The notes under the pieces are model-generated. The model did not search any database. It was given only the letters and a program-made list of their open reading frames with translations, and had not been told where the DNA came from. A stretch of 56,793 nucleotides of DNA, filler included, from Sandaracinaceae bacterium (GTDB taxonomy: Bacteria; Myxococcota_A; Polyangia; Polyangiales; JADJQN01): NCBI GenBank assembly GCA_947483975.1. It is 2 parts of 2 records of this genome, joined end to end, with 100 filler letters (N's around TTAATTAATTAA, not from the genome) between each part and the next. Parts side by side here need not be neighbours in the genome. Positions count along the whole stretch, not along the records: positions 1 to 28,586 come from CANKOL010000021.1; positions 28,687 to 56,793 come from CANKOL010000022.1. One strand, 5' to 3'. Shown here in pieces: positions 27,677-36,894 of this stretch. Position 1 is the stretch's first letter, and every line of letters starts with the position of its first letter. Made by a program: the position numbers and the translations under genes.

Positions 27677-28429
27677 GTGGCTTCCCCGCGCTCGCCCCTC
27701 GTCCCCGCGCTCACCTTCCTCGGCTTCGCGCTGCTCATCGCGGGCGTCGTCGTCTACCTGCGCCTCTCCGACGCCGCTCAAGAAGACGCGCGGCACCGCG
27801 CCGACGAGCGGCATGCCGCCGAGCAGCGCGCGAGCGCCGAGCGCCTGATCGAGCGCGTGCGCGAAGAGTCCGTCGCGCTCGTCCCCGGCGCGCTCCGCGG
27901 CGTGCAGCTCGGGATGACCGAGCGCGAGCTGCAGACCGTGCGACAGCGCGCGGTCCGCGACCCGCGCAATCGCGATCCGAACATGGTCTTCCGCACCGAA
28001 GATCTGCCGAACGGCGCGAGCGTCGTCTATGGGCTCGACGCCCGCTCGCTCCGCCTCGTGCAATTGCAGGTGCTCTCGCTGCTGCCGTCGGCGGACGCGC
28101 TCGCGCCGCACCTGACCGCGATGAACGAGACCTATGGCCGCCCGACGGGCTATTGGGACTGCCCCGACACGGGCGGCGTGCCGACGCGCCGCTTCACCTG
28201 GCGCAAGTCGACGCTCACCGTGATGGACGTGTTCCTGTTCTATCGCGGGCGCGTCTCGCTGACCCTCTACCTCGCGCCGAGCGAGACCATCGGCGCGTCC
28301 CTGCAGCGCTCCCAGTGCAGGCCCGTGCCTGCCGCCGACTTCGAGCGCTTCCCCGTCGCGACCGAGGCCCAGATGGCGCAGCCCGTGACCGCCGCGCAGC
28401 AGCAGGCCGAGCCGCCGCGCGTGCGATAG
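27677..28429 (+). CDS. Hypothetical membrane-anchored protein
   Basis: N-terminal TM (LTFLGFALLIAGVVVYL), short coiled segment, then GVQLGMT-type soluble domain. Confidence 0.7.
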   Translation: MASPRSPLVPALTFLGFALLIAGVVVYLRLSDAAQEDARHRADERHAAEQRASAERLIERVREESVALVPGALRGVQLGMTERELQTVRQRAVRDPRNRDPNMVFRTEDLPNGASVVYGLDARSLRLVQLQVLSLLPSADALAPHLTAMNETYGRPTGYWDCPDTGGVPTRRFTWRKSTLTVMDVFLFYRGRVSLTLYLAPSETIGASLQRSQCRPVPAADFERFPVATEAQMAQPVTAAQQQAEPPRVR

Positions 28430-28442
28430 GCTCTGCGCCATG

Positions 28443-28586
28443 GTGCGTCGTGACGAAAGCAACCCGAAGCCTCCGGGCGGAGGAGCGCGATCACGCTGCG
28501 TCTTTCCAGCGGGTGCAAATCCCGCCTCGGTAAGCGTCGGAGCGCCGAGTAGCAGGCCCCAGGTGTCCGGGAGAGATCCTGGCATC
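28443..28586 (+). mobile_element. Probable 5' end (domain I) of a group II intron, cut by the contig end
   Basis: Begins GTGCG (GUGYG consensus), then TCGTGACGAAAGCAACC; hairpins GCGGGTGCAAATCCCGC and GGTGTCCGGGA-GAGA-TCCTGGCATC (GNRA loop); non-coding; ends exactly at the assembly break. Confidence 0.6.
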
Positions 28587-28686
28587 NNNNNNNNNNNNNN
28601 NNNNNNNNNNNNNNNNNNNNNNNNNNNNNNTTAATTAATTAANNNNNNNNNNNNNNNNNNNNNNNNNNNNNNNNNNNNNNNNNNNN
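28587..28686. other. Artificial contig-joining linker (N44-TTAATTAATTAA-N44)
   Basis: Symmetric N runs around a six-frame-stop sequence. Adjacency across it is not biological evidence. Confidence 0.97.
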
Positions 28687-29848
28687 CAGCGGCGACCGCG
28701 CCTGCAGCGGCCGCGAAGGCTGGCGCGCGCGCCGCGTTGGCCGCGTTGTCGCGCGCGGCGGGGCTCACCCAGGCGTGTCCGTAGAAGCCACCCGCGCGGA
28801 CGGCCGCCGCGACGACCGGCACCTCGTTCGAGAGCGCGGCGTTCGGGATCCAGTACTCCGCGAGGTGCTCGGAAGGATCGAGCGACAGCCCCTGCGCCTC
28901 CTCGGGGTGCGCCTGCACGGCTCCGTCACGCACGGTGAAGCGAAACGCGCGGAGGGTCTGCCCGTTGCCGCGGATCTCGCAGAGCCAGACGCCGGGATGC
29001 TCCTCGAGGCTCGCGCGCTGCCCTCCGGACTCCGGCCCGTAGTTGATCGGAAGCGCCCAGTTCAGCTGACGCCAGTCGCGGGGCTGCGCGACGCGGACGT
29101 TGCCGCTGCGGGGCCGGCTCGAGCCGTCGGCGTAGCTGTTCTCGTCCTGCTGCGCGACGACCTGGTCGTTCGGGATCGTGAGCGGCTGCCCATCGACGGA
29201 ACAGCGGAGCGAGCGGCTCGCGGACGAGAGCGCGCTCGCCATGTCGGTCGTCGAGACGACGCCGAGCAGGTGAAGCTGTCCAGGCGACGCGTGGCCGGGC
29301 GTCTCCGAGATCAAGATCGCGTCGAGCGTCCGCGCCTCCGCGTTGACCACGTAGAGCGGCGGCATCGGCGTGAAGTTCCCCTCGTTCACGCGGGTCACCT
29401 GCTCGACCTTGAACTTGTAGGTGCGGAGCAGCGTCTCGGCGTCGGTCTGACCGTTGACGTGGAGGACGTCGAGGAGCATCTCGCCCGTCACGGTGAGCAT
29501 CGGCTCGCCGCCGGTCCAGTCGGAACCCGCGTTCCCGCACACCAGCGTGCTGCCGTACTGGTTGGTCGGCTGGCACTGGGCGCGCGCGAGCGCTCGATTC
29601 CCCTGACGAACGACCATCTTGAGGGCATCGCCCGACGCGAACGCCCCGATCGCCCGCAGCGAGGCCACGGGATGCCAGCCCTCGTTCCTCGGCTCGCTCC
29701 CGAAGCGCGGGTTGTCCGCCAAGCGGATCCAGGTGAACCCATCGTCGATACGCACAGCCGCCACCGGCTGCGCCTGCGCGACGCCCGCTGAGCCAGCCGC
29801 GAGCAGCAACGCGACGAACCCAAGACCACGAATTGAAGACGACGACAT
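28687..29848 (-). CDS. Secreted hypothetical protein, 3' end lost at contig boundary
   Basis: Signal peptide ...FVALLLAAGSAGVAQA-Q; AGAGGGG before the ATG; open into the N run. Confidence 0.75.
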
Positions 29849-29971
29849 CAGCACCCCTCTGCCCGCTCGAAGAGAACGGGAATCTCACGGAGCCTAACGA
29901 ATCAAGCGCAGCTTTGTAAGCAACATGACACTGCCGTGCGGCGCCAATTGCGCGGTGATATACAGCCGCTC

Positions 29972-30763
29972 ATGCGCTTCGTCCGACTCACTCACGCCGG
30001 CACTCCGCACTTCGCGCAGCTCATCGACGACGCGCGCGCGCTCCTCTGGACGCGCGCCCCTTGGGAGGGCGGCGACGCGACAGAGCACGTCGTCCCCGTG
30101 ACGCCGAGCGCCCTCCTCGCGCCGGTCACTCCGTCGAAGATCGTGTGCGTCGGCCGCAATTATCGGGCGCACGCGAAGGAGCTCGGCAACGAGGTCCCGA
30201 CCGAGCCGCTGCTCTTCTTGAAGCCCCCGAGCGCGCTCACGGGCCCCGGCGCGAACATCCCGCTGCCCGCGGCGAGCGCCCGCGTCGAGCACGAGGGCGA
30301 GCTCGCGGTCGTCATCGCGCGCACGCTCACGGACGCGACTCCGGAAGAGGCCCTCGCGGCGGTCTTTGGCTACGCCTGCTCGAACGATGTCACCGCCCGC
30401 GATCTCCAGCGCAAAGACGTGCAGTTCACGCGCGCCAAGGGCTTCGACGGCTTCTGTCCGGTCGGCCCCTATCTCGAGACCGAGGTCTCGCCGGACGACC
30501 TGCGCCTCGTCGTGCGCGTCAACGGCGAGGTGCGGCAAGACGGGCAAACGCGCGACATGGTGTTCCCGGTCGGCACGTTGCTCGCGTACATCTCGAGCGT
30601 GATGACGCTGCTGCCGGGCGACCTCGTGCTCACCGGCACGCCCGCGGGCGTCGGACCGCTGCTCGCCGGCGACCGCGTCGAGGTGAGCATCGAGGGGCTC
30701 GGCACCCTCGAGAACGTCGCCGTCAGCCGGGCGACGCCGCACAGCGCGACGTCAGCATCGTGA
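29972..30763 (+). CDS. Fumarylacetoacetate hydrolase family protein
   Basis: KIVCVGRNYRAH, FLKPPS, HEGEL, NDVTARDLQ, KGFD and LTGTPAGVG. Confidence 0.93.
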   Translation: MRFVRLTHAGTPHFAQLIDDARALLWTRAPWEGGDATEHVVPVTPSALLAPVTPSKIVCVGRNYRAHAKELGNEVPTEPLLFLKPPSALTGPGANIPLPAASARVEHEGELAVVIARTLTDATPEEALAAVFGYACSNDVTARDLQRKDVQFTRAKGFDGFCPVGPYLETEVSPDDLRLVVRVNGEVRQDGQTRDMVFPVGTLLAYISSVMTLLPGDLVLTGTPAGVGPLLAGDRVEVSIEGLGTLENVAVSRATPHSATSAS

Positions 30764-30883
30764 CGAGGGCGCCGCGAGCGCACGTTCACGCGCGCACGCG
30801 CCCTGCCCCGTATGGACAAAAAGCGTTGTCGGCTCGATGCTGCCCGCGTGGCACAGATCCTGATGGCCCGGCCGCGCAACACG

Positions 30884-32983
30884 ATGCGCCCTAGCCTCCT
30901 CACCCCCGCGCTCCTCCTCGCCATTGCGTGCAACGCGGGCTGCTACCTCAGCTACGGACTCAGCGACCGCACCGACGGGGGCGAGGCCATCGACTTCGGC
31001 CCGGACGCGCACGTCGACCTCGGACCCGAGGTCCCGCTCGACTTCGGGCCGGACGCGCACCCCGACTTCGGGCCAGACGCGATGCTCGACCTCGGCCCCG
31101 ACGCGATGCCCGACCTCGGGCGCGATGGGGGAGTCATCGGGGTCGACGCCGAGCCGCCGCTCGGCCCGCCGCCCGACCCGACCGCTTGTCGGACGACGCC
31201 AGCGATCCTGCCCTTCGAGGACCCCGTCCTCGAGCACAGCTGGCCCGACGGCGTCGTCGTGCACACCGACGCGCTCAACGTCTGCATGACGCCGCTGGTC
31301 GTCGACCTCGATCCCGACGGCACGACGGTCGAGCCCGAGATCGCGTTCGTCTCATACCCGACCATTCGACGTGACGAGCCGCCCGGCATCCTGCGCATCT
31401 GGCGCCCGAAGACGCACGACACGATCAGCTACCCGGCGACCGAGACCGAGCAAGGCGTGCTCGAGGCCACCGGGCACCTCGCGGCGGGCGACCTCGACGG
31501 TGACGGCGTCCCCGAGCTCGTCGGCATCGGCTCGTACTCCGCGACGTACGCGTTTCGCGCCGACGGAACGATGATGTGGGCGTCGCCCTATCCGCTCGCG
31601 GAAGAGCGCGGCCCGCGCCTGCAGCCGTCGATCGGCGGCGGCCCTGCGCTCGCCGATCTCGACGGCGACGGCACCGTCGAGGTCGTCGTCGGTCGCACCG
31701 TGCTGGAGGGCCTCACGGGCGAGCGGCGCTTCACGGGCCCTCCCGACGCGGGCCGCGGCCACAACAACACCTTCCTCGGGCCGCTCTCGTGCGTCGCCGA
31801 TCTCGATGGTGACGGCGTCCAAGAGGTGATCGCCGGCAAGACCGCCTATCGCGCCAACGGCGATATCTACTGGACCACCGACCACCCCGACGGCTTCTGC
31901 GCGGTCGCGGAGGTCATCGCGACCAGCCCCGGCCCGGAGGTCGTGCTCGTGTCGAGCGGCTACATCCGCGTGCTCGACGGGCACACCGGCCTCGAGCTCT
32001 GGGTGCGCGACCTCGTCGGCCGCGTGCGTGACAGCATCGGCGGCGCGCCGACGGTCGCCGACTTCGACGGCGACGGTCGCCCTGAATTCGGCGTCGCCCA
32101 CGCGACGGCCTACGGCGTCTACGACATGGACTGCCTGGCGGCCGGCCCAGACTGCGTGGGCCCCGGCCTGCGCTGGGAGGCCGCGACGAGCGACGACTCC
32201 TCGGCCGGGACGGGCTCGAGCGTCTTCGACTTCAACGGAGACGGCGCAGCGGAGGTCGTCTACAACGACCAGCAGTACTTCCGCGTGTACGACGGCAGCT
32301 CAGGCCGCGAGCTTTTCCGCCGCGCGAGCTCGTCGCGCACGCGCACCGAGAACCCGGTGATCGCCGACGTCGACAACGACGGCGACGCGGAGATCGTCTT
32401 CGGCTCGAACAACGAGGCCTTCTTCACCATGCGCTGGTGGACCGACGCCGGCGTCTTCATCTGGGGCGATGCGCGCGGCGCCTGGGTCGGCGCGCGGCGC
32501 ATCTGGAACGAGCACGCCTATCACGTCACGAACGTGGAGGAGAACGGCACGATCCCGCGCCACGAGGTCCCGTCGTGGACCGTCCTCAACGCGTACCGGC
32601 AGAACCTGCGCGAGGGCTCGGACGTGCTCGTCACCCCAGACCTCTGGGGCGGACGCGGCACGTACACCTGCTCATCGAGCGGCGACATCATGCTGCGCGT
32701 GAACGTGCAGAACCGCGGCCTCGAGCGGATGGGCGACGGCGTCGTCGTGTCGTTCTGGCGCGGCGCACCGGCGAGCGGCGGCGTACGCATCGGGCAGGCG
32801 GTGACGACGACGCGCCTCGAGCCAGGCGGCTCCGAGGTCGTGGAGTTCACGGCGCCGTGGATGCTCCCCGTCGAGGACTACTACGCCAAGCTCGACGACC
32901 CCGAGGCGCCCGTCGGCGGCGCGGTCGCAGAGTGCCGCGAGGACAACAACGAGGTCCTCTTCTGGCGGCCCGACTGCAGATAG
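30884..32983 (+). CDS. FG-GAP/VCBS beta-propeller lipoprotein with C-terminal CARDB-like domain
   Basis: Lipoprotein-like signal (..NAGC), DxGPD linker, 6-7 DxDGDGxxE Ca-binding motifs, and C-terminal VQNRG...ECREDNN. Confidence 0.85.
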   Translation: MRPSLLTPALLLAIACNAGCYLSYGLSDRTDGGEAIDFGPDAHVDLGPEVPLDFGPDAHPDFGPDAMLDLGPDAMPDLGRDGGVIGVDAEPPLGPPPDPTACRTTPAILPFEDPVLEHSWPDGVVVHTDALNVCMTPLVVDLDPDGTTVEPEIAFVSYPTIRRDEPPGILRIWRPKTHDTISYPATETEQGVLEATGHLAAGDLDGDGVPELVGIGSYSATYAFRADGTMMWASPYPLAEERGPRLQPSIGGGPALADLDGDGTVEVVVGRTVLEGLTGERRFTGPPDAGRGHNNTFLGPLSCVADLDGDGVQEVIAGKTAYRANGDIYWTTDHPDGFCAVAEVIATSPGPEVVLVSSGYIRVLDGHTGLELWVRDLVGRVRDSIGGAPTVADFDGDGRPEFGVAHATAYGVYDMDCLAAGPDCVGPGLRWEAATSDDSSAGTGSSVFDFNGDGAAEVVYNDQQYFRVYDGSSGRELFRRASSSRTRTENPVIADVDNDGDAEIVFGSNNEAFFTMRWWTDAGVFIWGDARGAWVGARRIWNEHAYHVTNVEENGTIPRHEVPSWTVLNAYRQNLREGSDVLVTPDLWGGRGTYTCSSSGDIMLRVNVQNRGLERMGDGVVVSFWRGAPASGGVRIGQAVTTTRLEPGGSEVVEFTAPWMLPVEDYYAKLDDPEAPVGGAVAECREDNNEVLFWRPDCR

Positions 32984-32996
32984 CTACTGTAGCGGC

Positions 32997-33371
32997 ATGA
33001 CCGACCACGACGACACCGAGCCCCGCGAACCCAAGCAGCACGCCGCCGAGCCCAAGTCCGCGGCCGACGACGGCCCCGATCCGGACGCGACGACGAAGGC
33101 CAAGGACGAGCTCTTCGTCGCCATCGAGCACTTCAAGAACGCCGCGTCGATCCTCTTCGATCGCGCCGCGAAGGACCCCTCCCTGCGCAACGCGACGCAC
33201 GAGGCCGAGCGCGTGATCCAGAAGGTAGGCGCCAGCGCCGAACCGCTCGCGCGCTCGCTCGCCGGGGAGCTCTCGAAGCTCACGCGGCAGGTCGCCGACG
33301 CGGTCGATGGCCGTCGCAAGAGCGACGTCCCGCCCCCGCGCAAGCCCTCCTCCGACAAGCCGAGCGAGTAG
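32997..33371 (+). CDS. Hypothetical small helical protein
   Basis: Typical high-GC codon usage; amphipathic helices; -10-like TACTGT 6 nt upstream. Confidence 0.7.
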   Translation: MTDHDDTEPREPKQHAAEPKSAADDGPDPDATTKAKDELFVAIEHFKNAASILFDRAAKDPSLRNATHEAERVIQKVGASAEPLARSLAGELSKLTRQVADAVDGRRKSDVPPPRKPSSDKPSE

Positions 33372-33389
33372 CCGGCGCGTCCGCTCGAC

Positions 33390-34964
33390 TCAGAACAAGT
33401 CGAGCACCTTCCGCGCGACGCTGCCGCTCCGAAACAGCAAGCGCATCCCCTTCGCGAACGCTCGGTAGGAGCCCTCCGAGTACGGGAACCACATCGGATC
33501 GCGGCTCCCGAGCGCGATCCGGTCGTAGCTCACGTGCCGGACCTCGCACATATCGCGGAGCCCCTCCTCGCCGTGCACGCGGCCGAAGCCCGAGTCCTTC
33601 ACGCCACCGAACGGCGCCTCGGGCGCCGCGTACGCGGTGAGCACGTCGTTGACCATCACGGTGCCCGCGCGGACACGCTCCGCGAGGCGGCGCCCCTTGT
33701 CGCGGTCGCGCGTGAACACATAGCCCATCAGCCCGAGGTGCGAGTCGTTGGCGAGGCGGACCGCCTCTTCGTCGTCGGATACGCGCATGATCGGCACGAT
33801 CGGCCCGAAGATCTCCTCGCGCATGACGGCCATATCCTGCGTGCAGCCGGCGAGCACCGTCGGCTCGAAGAAGCTCCCCAAGCCCACGACCTGCTTGCCG
33901 CCCGCCTTGAGCTGCGCGCCCTTGCCGACCGCGTCCGCGATGAGGGTCTTGGCGACCTCGAGCTGCTTGTCGAAGATGATGGCCCCGACGTCGACGTCCC
34001 CCGCGACCGGGTCTCCCTGCCGCAGCTCACCGACGAGCTGCACGACCCGCTCGACGAGCTGCTCGTAGAGCGCCTCGTGCGCGTAGACGCGCTCGACGCT
34101 GATGCAGATCTGCCCGCTGTTCGCGAAGCCTCCGTAGACGAGCGCGCGCGCCGTCCGCTCGAGATCGGCGTCCGCGCAGACGATCGCCGCCGCCTTCCCG
34201 CCGAGCTCCATCGTGCAAGGGATCAGCCGCTCCCCGCACGCCGCGGCGACGCGACGCCCGGTCGCGACCGCGCCCGTGAACACGACCTTGTCCGGGCGCG
34301 CGTCGATCAGCGCGGCGCCCGTGCGCCCATCGCCCGTGACGACCTGGAACAGGTCCGGCGGCAGCCCCGAGGCATCGAAGAGCTCCTTGCACTTGACGCC
34401 GATGAGCGGCGTCACCTCGCTCGGCTTGAGCACGACGGCGTTGCCCGCGAGGAGCGCGGTGATGCTGTCGCCCATCGGGATCACGAAGGGGAAATTCCAA
34501 GGCGCGATGATGCCGACGACCCCGCGCGGCGCGTAGTGCACATAGCTGCGCCGGTGCTTGAGCAAGTGGAGCTCGATCTCACGCGGCGCGAGCAGCCTCG
34601 GGGCGCGCTTCGCGTAATACGTCGCGAGATCCGCGGTGACCATGACCTCGTGCGTGAGGCCCTCGGCGCGCGGCTTGCCGCACTCCCTCGCCAGCAGCTC
34701 GACGAGCTCCTCCGCGCGATCGACGATGACGTCCCGCAGCTTGAGGATGCGCTCACAGCGCTCTTCGACCGGCAGGAGGGCCCACGAGACCTGCGCGGTC
34801 CGGGCTCGCTCGACTGCGGCGCGCACGGCGTCTGGTCCCAGGATCGGCACCTCGCCGAGCCTCTCACCAGTCGCGGGCGCGTAGCTCACCAGCATCTCGC
34901 TGCGTGGCTGACTCCCTACCTTGCTCGACTCTGCTGCTGCGAGGTGGTCCATGAGCGCCTCCAT
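33390..34964 (-). CDS. Aldehyde dehydrogenase (succinate-semialdehyde-like)
   Basis: PWNFP, LKPSE, FTGAVATG, MELGGK, NSGQIC (catalytic Cys), EEIFGP and PFGGVKDSGFG. Confidence 0.95.
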   Translation of the reverse strand: MEALMDHLAAAESSKVGSQPRSEMLVSYAPATGERLGEVPILGPDAVRAAVERARTAQVSWALLPVEERCERILKLRDVIVDRAEELVELLARECGKPRAEGLTHEVMVTADLATYYAKRAPRLLAPREIELHLLKHRRSYVHYAPRGVVGIIAPWNFPFVIPMGDSITALLAGNAVVLKPSEVTPLIGVKCKELFDASGLPPDLFQVVTGDGRTGAALIDARPDKVVFTGAVATGRRVAAACGERLIPCTMELGGKAAAIVCADADLERTARALVYGGFANSGQICISVERVYAHEALYEQLVERVVQLVGELRQGDPVAGDVDVGAIIFDKQLEVAKTLIADAVGKGAQLKAGGKQVVGLGSFFEPTVLAGCTQDMAVMREEIFGPIVPIMRVSDDEEAVRLANDSHLGLMGYVFTRDRDKGRRLAERVRAGTVMVNDVLTAYAAPEAPFGGVKDSGFGRVHGEEGLRDMCEVRHVSYDRIALGSRDPMWFPYSEGSYRAFAKGMRLLFRSGSVARKVLDLF

Positions 34965-35088
34965 CGATCCGGGCCCAGGCCCGAACGGAAGCAGCGACCC
35001 TAGTGGACGACCACGAGCCGTTCAATCATGCGTTGCGTCAGACTCTCGGCCGCGTCCCCAGGGGCCGCCGAAGCGCGACGCGCGCACC

Positions 35089-35655
35089 TCAGTAGACGTA
35101 GTCCTTCAGCCGCGCGACGTCCTCGAGCGCTTGCAGCTTCGCGAGGCCCGCCGTCTCCACCTGACGCACTCGCTCGCGCGTGAGGTTCATGATCTCGCCA
35201 ACTTCCTCGAGCGTGATGCCGCCACGGTCCGCGATGTCGATCGCGCAGGTCTCGGTCATCTCCCAGACCTCGACGTCGGGGAAGTTCACCTTGATCGAGC
35301 CACGCACCGGATGGACGTCGATGTAGAGGTGGTACTTGCAGGAGACGAACGGGCACGGACGCTCCATGTCCGAGCACTCCGCGCGGCTCTGCGGGCGCCA
35401 GTAGTCGACCTCGGGATAGAGCACCTTCCCGAGGTTCAGCTCGGTCTTGCTCAGGCGCCGAATGGAGATGGTGCGCGCGCGAGCCCGCGAACGGCGCTTG
35501 CGGCGACGCCCACCCGGCTCCTCCGCCTCGTCGAGATCCTCGCCCACGGCGAGCGCGAGCGCGCCCTCCATGTGCGGCTCGCCCCCCGACACCATCGTCC
35601 CGGCGCCCGTCGTCATCTCATCACTCTCGGATTCGACCGCATTCACGTCAGCCAT
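35089..35655 (-). CDS. Stand-alone sigma70 region-4 HTH protein with Cys/His-rich N-terminal module
   Basis: [21 protein letters not shown]...ETCA, then [21 protein letters not shown]; no sigma region 2. AGGAGG SD before ATG 35655. Confidence 0.85.
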   Translation of the reverse strand: MADVNAVESESDEMTTGAGTMVSGGEPHMEGALALAVGEDLDEAEEPGGRRRKRRSRARARTISIRRLSKTELNLGKVLYPEVDYWRPQSRAECSDMERPCPFVSCKYHLYIDVHPVRGSIKVNFPDVEVWEMTETCAIDIADRGGITLEEVGEIMNLTRERVRQVETAGLAKLQALEDVARLKDYVY

Positions 35656-35769
35656 CGTTCCCGCCTCCTGTTTCGATCGCTCGCTCCGCCCAGCGATCGC
35701 GCCCTGACGACCCATCACCCCGCCGTGAACCGCGCCTCGCCCGCGCCGTTCACGCCCTAGACAACCTGC

Positions 35770-36285
35770 TCAGACCGCCGCGCGAGCCATCCGCGCGTGC
35801 ATCGACAGCCGACGGTCGACATCCACGAGCTTCTTCACGAGCTCCGCGGCCAGCGTCTTCGCCTCCGCGAGCTCGCGGACGCTGAGTTCGTCCGCAGCGC
35901 CCTGCCGCGCGCGCTCTTGGCGCGCCTTCTCCAGCCCCAAGAGCACCCGCTCTAGCTGCCGCTCGAGCGCCCCGATGTCCCCGCGAACGAAGAGGTACTC
36001 GCGCTGGATCTCGTCGATCGTGAAGCCCGACGACATCATCCGGCGCAGCTGGTCGATCTGCCGGACCACGGTCGTCGGGTAGAAGCCCTGCGAGCCGCGG
36101 TGCTTGCCCTTCATGCCGACCCGGTGACTCCGGGGGAGCAACCCGAGCTGCACGTACTTCCGGAACGTCGCCTCGGTGAGCCGCTCACCTTGGCTGGTGA
36201 AGAGATCGACGATCTGCTGGACGCTGAGCCCGTCGGGGTGGGCCTGCTCGAGGCCCAGGAGCTTGTCCTCCGTCCAGACGTCCAC
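35770..36285 (-). CDS. MerR-like HTH DNA-binding protein
   Basis: EATFRKYVQLGLLP...GFYP...IDQLRRMMSSGFTIDEI, followed by a coiled coil. Confidence 0.8.
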   Translation of the reverse strand: MDVWTEDKLLGLEQAHPDGLSVQQIVDLFTSQGERLTEATFRKYVQLGLLPRSHRVGMKGKHRGSQGFYPTTVVRQIDQLRRMMSSGFTIDEIQREYLFVRGDIGALERQLERVLLGLEKARQERARQGAADELSVRELAEAKTLAAELVKKLVDVDRRLSMHARMARAAV

Positions 36286-36355
36286 GCGCCCCCCAGACCG
36301 ACTTTGAATCGTGTTTCGATTCTAGAACGACGAGACCATCCCGTCGGCACGCGCG

Positions 36356-36385
36356 AATGTATTCTTCTCAAAAGAATCCCGTCAA
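36356..36385 (-). promoter_or_regulatory. Sigma70-type promoter with 18-bp spacer containing a dyad (ATTCTT-N5-AAGAAT)
   Basis: Minus strand TTGACG-ggattcttttgagaagaa-TACATT, about 70 nt upstream of the MerR-like gene, in an AT-rich island. Confidence 0.65.
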
Positions 36386-36451
36386 TAAAAACGTGCACGA
36401 AAAGTTGACCAGGCCTCTACAAGTTTCTGGCCTGTGTCCGTTTTGCTTTGA

Positions 36452-36464
36452 TTTCAAGGAGTTA
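36452..36464 (+). promoter_or_regulatory. IHF-like site
   Basis: TTTCAAGGAGTTA versus the consensus WATCAANNNNTTR (1 mismatch), in an AT-rich divergent intergenic region. Confidence 0.35.
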
Positions 36465-36543
36465 GCGTCGCGGCATCTCGGGCGCGTAGCCGATCTTCGA
36501 AATCGAATTGCGATCCGGGGTTCGATTGGGGCACGCTCTAGGC

Positions 36544-36837
36544 GTGTCTGTGGACTCGTTCGCCCTCCGGTTCGCCCTGCTCGCGCTCGCTGCGGGCTCC
36601 CTCGTCGGCTGCGGCGGACGCGGGGAGGCGCGCTTCGGTCAGCCCTGCGAGCGGGACGCGGACTGCCAGCGCGGGCTCTGCGTCGCGGGGGTCGCCGGGA
36701 CGACTCCGGTGTGCACGACGAGCTGTGGAGGACGGGGTGACTGCCCGCCGGATTGGGCGTGCAACGGCGTGACCCAGGCCAACGTCGTGGTGTGCTCGCG
36801 CGGGGCCTCGACGCCGTTCGGCGAAGGCAGCCGTTGA
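36544..36837 (+). CDS. Small Cys-rich lipoprotein
   Basis: Lipobox LVGC; GQPCERDADC..LC..VCTTSC..DCP..AC..VC (8 Cys). Start 36544 or 36550. Confidence 0.75.
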   Translation: MSVDSFALRFALLALAAGSLVGCGGRGEARFGQPCERDADCQRGLCVAGVAGTTPVCTTSCGGRGDCPPDWACNGVTQANVVVCSRGASTPFGEGSR

Positions 36838-36894
36838 CTCCGAACGCCTCGAACGGCTAAGCCGACGACAGGCACTCGCGCGGGAGCACGACTC

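Noticed and set aside
28440..28634. 64-aa ORF running into the gap
   Set aside because: No coding features; better explained as structured intron RNA.
28587..28686. AT-rich palindrome TTAATTAATTAA as a biological site, and linkage of nuo with cta genes
   Set aside because: Synthetic scaffold linker; the two sides may not be adjacent in the genome.
35089..35655. Pseudogene remnant of rpoD
   Set aside because: It has its own SD, an intact ORF and a distinct Cys/His module instead of degraded sigma regions 2-3.
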